Below are positions 59,082 through 64,000 of a stretch of DNA of 64,000 nucleotides, in pieces. The stretch's first letter is position 1, and every line of letters starts with the position of its first letter. The notes under the pieces were generated by a model, which saw only the letters and a list, made by a program, of their open reading frames with translations, did not search any database and had not been told where the DNA came from. This DNA is from Cryomorphaceae bacterium (GTDB taxonomy: Bacteria > Bacteroidota > Bacteroidia > Flavobacteriales > Schleiferiaceae): the NCBI GenBank assembly GCA_007116495.1, contig SKIJ01000003.1, positions 13,708-77,707 of the forward strand, in the 5' to 3' direction. The position numbers and the translations under genes are program-made.

Positions 59082-59501
59082 ATGATCATTGTAAGAGTGT
59101 ACGGAGTTGTGCGTAACAACAAAGGCGATTACCTACTTTCTACCGAAGAATACAGTGGTAAGCGATTTACAAAGTTTATTGGTGGTGGATTAGAGCAAGG
59201 AGAGGGTACGCGCGACTGCTTAAAGCGTGAAATAATGGAAGAAACCGGAAGAAATGCGGACATTTTAAACCATCTTTACACTACAGATTTCTACCTCCAA
59301 AGCGCCTTTAATCCCAACGACCAAATCATATCCATATATTACAGTGCATCAATAGACGATGCTGAGTCGATGCCGCTCAAGCCTATGCCTAATGAACACC
59401 TAAATCAGGTACTTCAATGGGTTCCCCAAGCCAAGCTCCACCCGGACATGGTGACGTTTCCTGCCGACAAGCATCTTGTAAAGTGGCTTGGTTCTCGGTA
59501 A
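59082..59501 (+). CDS. NUDIX hydrolase.
   Basis: Nudix box 'GGGLEQGEGTRDCLKREIMEETG' (G-x5-E-x7-REUxEExGU). Confidence 0.85.
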   Translation: MIIVRVYGVVRNNKGDYLLSTEEYSGKRFTKFIGGGLEQGEGTRDCLKREIMEETGRNADILNHLYTTDFYLQSAFNPNDQIISIYYSASIDDAESMPLKPMPNEHLNQVLQWVPQAKLHPDMVTFPADKHLVKWLGSR

Positions 59502-59525
59502 ATGCTCATGTAAATCCGCTGCCAG

Positions 59526-61901
59526 CTATTTAAAATCCAACGGAATCTTAAGCTGTATACTCACATTCCTTCCCTGCTCCGGCAAATTCAACAAACGGTA
59601 ACGACTTAAGTGATTTAAGTAAAATGCATTGGTAAGGTTCATTCCCCTTAATCTAATAATGACAGGTTGCGACCAAAACCGCATTTCTGCACCTAGTGAA
59701 GCTCCTATTAGGATATATCCTTCGGTTGCGCGTTCGTTACGGTCGGTACGATTTTGTGCGTTAGCCCATCGAACATCCGCAGAGACATACCAGTTGTCGA
59801 GCCACTTTTGTGTTGCATTTTTACGGTATTCGAGCGATGTCAAAACAGACAACGGTGGCGTCAACGGCAAAGGCAGCCTTGTATCGAGATTTTGGTTGTG
59901 CACATACTCTACTCCAACAGACATTTCCAGTCCCGTTACCAATTCTGCATTTACCGTAGACTCAATGCCCATAAAAAAGGCATCGTTTTGTCGATACTCC
60001 CAAAGCGTTCCCGACCCAGGTAAGGTAGAAAAACGTCCGGTTGGCGCCAAATAAATATACTGATCATAACGACTGATAAACGGCGTTACGGATGCAAAAA
60101 AACGCTTGTTTTTATACGTTGCGTTTAAATCGGCTTGAATGCCACGCTCCCCCTGTAAATCGGCATTTCCCAATTCGTGGCGAAAATTGCCGTGGTGAAC
60201 ACCGTTTACACTCAACTCAACGGCAGTTGGTATGCGGTAGCTGGAACCAAGATTGAGCTTGAGATTAAAGTTATCACCTGCTACCCACGACAACCCCAAA
60301 GACCCACTGGCATTTCCAAACGTTCGGTAGATGTCGGGATTGCGTTCATCAAATTCACCCGTTGGTTCTCTGAAGCGGTAAACGGGTTGTAAATGCTGCT
60401 TGATGTTGTGCAACGCACCGTCGTATCGCATACCGGCGTTAATCACAAGATTATCCTTCAACCGGTATTCATGAAATGAAAAAACACCGGCCAAGAAACT
60501 GCTGTATTCCGGAACTAGAAACTCAAATCCAGCGTAATCGTGGGTCATGTACTGAAGCTGAGTTCCGTAAATGGCCTTGTATTTACCGTTGATGATGTGG
60601 TGGAAACGCACGTTAGACGTAAGTGTATGCAAGTCTAAATCCATAGCGGTGAAACCCTCCGGACGGGGATTTTGGCCATGTGCGTGCGGGTGACTGTGTT
60701 CGATGCGATGGTTGCGCTGATATCCCAAATCCACTTCCAACCAATGCTTTCCAATTTGGACATTCGTGTTGGATATTACCTTCAGGTGTTCATTTTCTTG
60801 CGACGGCAGGTCCACATTTCGATACTGCCCTCTGTGCTGCAAAGCGTAAGACGTTGGTATGCCGATTGCTCCCGGGAATAATCCAACCTCTTGGTAAAAA
60901 CGACTCACGGTTAGCTTTGAAAATCCCCAACGCTTACGTATTCCCAACGTCGCCGACGCATGGCGCTCTCGTCCGGCAGTGTTGGTCAACATTTGGTTAT
61001 ACACCGGTAAGCGGTATCCGGCATACACAAAATCATTCGCCGGTATACGATAGTTGCCATAATCTTGAGTTGTAAAACGCGTCTTGTAAAAAAAGGAACC
61101 TTCACTGCCTTCCAACATCACCGAGTGAGAATGTAAATGATTATTACTGCGGTACCCTCCTATGTAATGTTCACGATGTGTACCCGATGCCGGTATGGGA
61201 CCAGGTTGAATGTTGATGACACCACCCATGGCATCTGAGCCGTAAATCAACGACGCCGGACCTTTTACTATTTCAACCCGATCTACGTCAAACGGATCAA
61301 TTTCTAAACCGTGATCGGCACCCCACTGCTGGCCTTCTTGTTTGATTCCTCGGTCGTTGACCATAATACGGTTAAAGCTCATACCCCGAATGACGGGCTT
61401 TGCGATACCCACGCCAGTATTGATGGAACTGATACCCGGTATGCGCTCTAGAGCATTGACAAACGTTTCAGCACTGTTGCGTTCTAAGTTCTCTCGATCC
61501 ACCACAACTGTTGTCTGCGACTGATCAATTGGACCGGATTTAAACGGGTTGGTTTCTACTAGTACCTCATCCATTCGTAGAGAAGAGCGTTCGAGTACGA
61601 CGTCAACCTGTCGATCATTATCCCGTATTTCTAGATTGACCCGCTTTGCAATATATCCCGTTCCTAAAGCCTGAATATGCAAATGATAAGCACCGGGCTT
61701 GATGTTGTAAAACGTGTAATGTCCGTTGACATCTGTTGTTACCTCTCGTTGAAGTTCATGCAGGTAAACCTTTGCCCCATACATGGGCACATCATCGTAG
61801 GTAACGGTTCCGTAAAGACGGAACCCATTCTCGTTTTGCCCCCACAGGCTACACGTAACGATAACAAAAAAAAAGGCAAACAACCACCGATTATTCATCA
61901 T
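59526..61901 (-). CDS. TonB-dependent receptor with an N-terminal carboxypeptidase-regulatory-like domain and a His-rich loop.
   Basis: The ATG at 61901 gives the signal peptide 'MMNNRWLFAFFFVIVTCSLWGQ'. 'LYGTVTYDDVPMYGAKVYL...VNGHYTF' is CarbopepD_reg-like. Plug motifs 'IEIVKGPASLIYGSDAMGGVINI' are present. The protein has a beta-barrel with 'HRIEHSHPHAHGQNPR'. Confidence 0.85.
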   Translation of the reverse strand: MMNNRWLFAFFFVIVTCSLWGQNENGFRLYGTVTYDDVPMYGAKVYLHELQREVTTDVNGHYTFYNIKPGAYHLHIQALGTGYIAKRVNLEIRDNDRQVDVVLERSSLRMDEVLVETNPFKSGPIDQSQTTVVVDRENLERNSAETFVNALERIPGISSINTGVGIAKPVIRGMSFNRIMVNDRGIKQEGQQWGADHGLEIDPFDVDRVEIVKGPASLIYGSDAMGGVINIQPGPIPASGTHREHYIGGYRSNNHLHSHSVMLEGSEGSFFYKTRFTTQDYGNYRIPANDFVYAGYRLPVYNQMLTNTAGRERHASATLGIRKRWGFSKLTVSRFYQEVGLFPGAIGIPTSYALQHRGQYRNVDLPSQENEHLKVISNTNVQIGKHWLEVDLGYQRNHRIEHSHPHAHGQNPRPEGFTAMDLDLHTLTSNVRFHHIINGKYKAIYGTQLQYMTHDYAGFEFLVPEYSSFLAGVFSFHEYRLKDNLVINAGMRYDGALHNIKQHLQPVYRFREPTGEFDERNPDIYRTFGNASGSLGLSWVAGDNFNLKLNLGSSYRIPTAVELSVNGVHHGNFRHELGNADLQGERGIQADLNATYKNKRFFASVTPFISRYDQYIYLAPTGRFSTLPGSGTLWEYRQNDAFFMGIESTVNAELVTGLEMSVGVEYVHNQNLDTRLPLPLTPPLSVLTSLEYRKNATQKWLDNWYVSADVRWANAQNRTDRNERATEGYILIGASLGAEMRFWSQPVIIRLRGMNLTNAFYLNHLSRYRLLNLPEQGRNVSIQLKIPLDFK

Positions 61902-61916
61902 ACTGCAATCAAGTTG

Positions 61917-61924
61917 CAAAAGTA
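61917..61924 (-). promoter_or_regulatory. -7 promoter box (TACTTTTG) for the TonB-dependent receptor.
   Basis: TAnnTTTG match on the minus strand, 15 nt upstream of the ATG at 61901. Confidence 0.45.
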
Positions 61925-61978
61925 ATGCGCAGTTATTGATTGTTGCTGGATTTAATGCAATGTGTAACAAATTACACG

Positions 61979-61986
61979 TACTTTTG
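61979..61986 (+). promoter_or_regulatory. -7 promoter box (TACTTTTG) for the exonuclease / ABC ATPase genes.
   Basis: TAnnTTTG match 21 nt upstream of the ATG at 62008. Confidence 0.45.
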
Positions 61987-62007
61987 CTTAAACACACTTT
62001 TTCAATT

Positions 62008-62733
62008 ATGCTAGACGACATCAATCTTCAAGACATCTTGTTCTTAGACATCGAAACCGTTCCGGTTGTCAAAGACTTTAACGATTTAAATTCCGAAATG
62101 CAGTGGTTGTGGGACAAAAAATCACAATACAGTAGAACGGAAGATCAATCAGCAGCCGATGCTTGGTTTGAACGGGCGGGAATTTTTGCCGAATATGGAA
62201 AAATCATCTGCATATCGGTGGGGTTCATGCACCGCAGCGACGGCGAGTGGCACTTTAGAGTTCGCTCTTTTGCAGGCGACGACGAGCATGCATTACTAAA
62301 AGATTTTGGTCACATGCTTACCACGCATTTTAGCAGTCAATACAAACGGCTATGTGGCCATAACGGCAAGGAATTTGACTTCCCGTACATTTGCAGGCGA
62401 ATGTTAATCAACCGTGTTGCCATCCCTCCAATACTACAAATTCAGGGAAAAAAGCCGTGGGAAATTCAACATATTGATACACTCGATCTCTGGAAATTTG
62501 GAGATTATAAAAACTACACATCCCTTCGCTTGCTTGCCGCTTTATTTGAAATTCCAACGCCTAAGGACGACATCGACGGCAGTGAAGTAGCCGGCGTATA
62601 TTGGAACGACAACGATTTGCAACGAATTGTAACCTACTGCGAAAAGGATGTGGTAACCACTGCGCGCATTTTCTTGCGTATGACTGGTCACAATGACGAA
62701 ATAAAAGACGAAAACGTCAGCCGCAATGAGTGA
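62008..62733 (+). CDS. RNase H-fold 3'-5' exonuclease related to the PolB exonuclease domain.
   Basis: 'ILFLDIETVP' (ExoI D-x-E), 'CGHNGKEFDFPYICRRM' (ExoII) and 'YCEKDVVTTARIF' (ExoIII Y-x3-D). The ATG at 62008 is preferred over 61936, which lies inside the divergent promoter region. Confidence 0.75.
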   Translation: MLDDINLQDILFLDIETVPVVKDFNDLNSEMQWLWDKKSQYSRTEDQSAADAWFERAGIFAEYGKIICISVGFMHRSDGEWHFRVRSFAGDDEHALLKDFGHMLTTHFSSQYKRLCGHNGKEFDFPYICRRMLINRVAIPPILQIQGKKPWEIQHIDTLDLWKFGDYKNYTSLRLLAALFEIPTPKDDIDGSEVAGVYWNDNDLQRIVTYCEKDVVTTARIFLRMTGHNDEIKDENVSRNE

Positions 62734-64000
62734 ACTGCTGCGCTTTACTGATGTTGATATTGGCACTGATGAAACCATAGTCAAAAAACTCAATATTACG
62801 CTCAGTCGTGGAGAGCGGTTGGGCTTGGTTGGTGAATCGGGTTCCGGCAAAACGCTTAGTGCACTTGGTATTGCCGGATTATTACCTGATAATGTACGCA
62901 TAACTTCTGGCAACATCAGGGTTGCGTTACCAGATAAAATCATTGACTTTCCCAAGGTTGATACCAATGACTCAATGCATTTACGTCGCAATGCATTAGG
63001 TTTTGTATTTCAAGAACCAATGTCTGCACTAAATCCGGTAAAGTCATGTGGCTGGCAGTTAATGGAATCGCTTTCACTGACGAAAAAAACAGCGAAATCA
63101 GAACGAAAACGGGAAGCCATTTCGTGGCTTAACGAAGTAGAACTTCCGGATGCAGAACGGGCTTTTTCCGCCTATCCTCACGAACTATCTGGGGGACAAC
63201 GGCAACGATTAATGATTGCCATGGCTCTTTGCAATAAGCCGGCTTTACTAATTGCCGATGAACCCACCACAGCATTAGATGTACGCGTGCGCGATGTGAT
63301 ATTAGATCTCATCGAGCGATTGTGCACGCGATACGAAACGGCTCTTTTACTGATTAGTCACGACCTGAAAATGGTGTCTCAAAGATGCGACCGCATAGCA
63401 GTATTAAAACAAGGTGTTCTGTGCGAGTATGGTGATGCTAAACAGGTTGTTTCTAATCCGTCGCACCCTTACACCAAAGCGCTTTGGGCTTGCCGTCCGG
63501 ATCCCAACAACAGAGTTGTTCCACTACCCTCAGTAAACGAAATTGAAACCAACGCTGCGATTAAACGCGTAACATACTCCAACGCGCAGTGGCAAAGAAA
63601 AGGAGAGATTTTAAGGGAAAGCAAACCGGTACTGGAGTGTGAAAATGTTCACTTCTCTTATGGAGAAACTCCCATTCTCAACGGGGTTAACTTCAAATTA
63701 TACCAAGGTGAGAGCCTGGGTATACTGGGTGAAAGTGGTTGCGGCAAATCAACGCTCAGTCGAATATTGTGTGGTTTGGAACCTCTACAAATAGGTCGAG
63801 TTGTCATTCGCGAAAACAATATCGAATACGAATTTGCTAAAACCCCCAAGCGTTGGCGTGCAGAGCGCATTCAAATGATTTTTCAAGACGCCATGGCGGC
63901 CCTCAATCCACATCATACAGTAGGTGCAACGCTTACAGAGGTTCGCAAACACTTTTTCCCGAGTGAAAACAAAGGAGAACGCAGCGCAAAAATCAAATCA
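62726..64000 (+). CDS. ABC transporter ATP-binding protein with duplicated ATPase domains (Dpp/Opp/YejF-like), 3'-truncated by the window edge.
   Basis: This ORF is absent from the ORF track because it has no stop in the window. My hand translation from the ATG at 62726 is open to nt 64000. First domain: 'GESGSGKT', 'LSGGQRQR' and '[12 protein letters not shown]'. Second domain: Walker A 'GESGCGKST' near 63730. Confidence 0.85.
   Translation, partial: MSELLRFTDVDIGTDETIVKKLNITLSRGERLGLVGESGSGKTLSALGIAGLLPDNVRITSGNIRVALPDKIIDFPKVDTNDSMHLRRNALGFVFQEPMSALNPVKSCGWQLMESLSLTKKTAKSERKREAISWLNEVELPDAERAFSAYPHELSGGQRQRLMIAMALCNKPALLIADEPTTALDVRVRDVILDLIERLCTRYETALLLISHDLKMVSQRCDRIAVLKQGVLCEYGDAKQVVSNPSHPYTKALWACRPDPNNRVVPLPSVNEIETNAAIKRVTYSNAQWQRKGEILRESKPVLECENVHFSYGETPILNGVNFKLYQGESLGILGESGCGKSTLSRILCGLEPLQIGRVVIRENNIEYEFAKTPKRWRAERIQMIFQDAMAALNPHHTVGATLTEVRKHFFPSENKGERSAKIKS

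Noticed and set aside
61866-61874. A9/T9 homopolymer in the signal-peptide coding region of the TonB receptor, considered as a slipped-strand phase-variation tract. Similar runs occur at 16485-16493, 22436-44 and 36632-40.
   Set aside because: Runs of 8-10 A/T are frequent throughout this AT-leaning window, in both coding and non-coding sequence. Nine bases is short for an efficient contingency tract. I have no evidence of length variation.
62542-62991. 149-aa minus-strand ORF spanning the exonuclease / ABC ATPase junction.
   Set aside because: Both plus-strand genes have strong motifs (DIET, Walker A). The antisense ORF has none, so it is a shadow ORF.
1-64000. Window-wide look for CRISPR arrays, IS elements or transposases, integrases, prophage blocks, toxin-antitoxin pairs and known defence-system signatures.
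   Set aside because: I saw no spaced direct repeats, no transposase or integrase motifs, and no clustered small antagonistic gene pairs. The largest intergenic regions (~290 nt at 1718-2031 and ~300 nt at 14011-14317) contain only promoter-like and terminator-like elements.

Overview
This is a gene-dense chromosomal segment with about 55 CDS, 2 tRNAs and almost no non-coding space. It looks like a Bacteroidota genome of Flavobacteriia/Cytophagia type. The evidence for that is cargo proteins with type A and type B T9SS C-terminal sorting domains, recurrent TAnnTTTG '-7' promoter boxes just upstream of genes, little Shine-Dalgarno signal, and a conserved nucleotidyltransferase / TPR / lipoprotein / M23-peptidase block next to dut. 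Most of the window is housekeeping: valS, argS, ffh, folD, ychF, purA, fmt, recQ, dnaE, fabH, aroB, rimK, rsmE, HU, dut, and a MeaB-type GTPase. I saw no rRNA, CRISPR array, transposase, integrase, prophage block or recognisable defence-island architecture. I cannot point to a clear-cut novel system. The best candidates for uncharacterised biology are: (1) a Cys4 Fur-family regulator divergent from a translationally coupled pair of unknown proteins plus a Nudix hydrolase, with a repeated Fur-box-like motif and an adjacent TonB-dependent receptor carrying an HSHPHAHG loop; (2) a translationally coupled SDR / NodB-like / FemAB-like three-gene operon behind tRNA-Arg; (3) a GT-C (ArnT/PMT-like) glycosyltransferase with an N-terminal three-fold beta-trefoil-like module; (4) a DnaQ-type exonuclease domain fused to the N-terminus of DnaE; (5) an orphan YopX-like phage-family gene. 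All functional calls come from motif recognition by eye. No database search was run.
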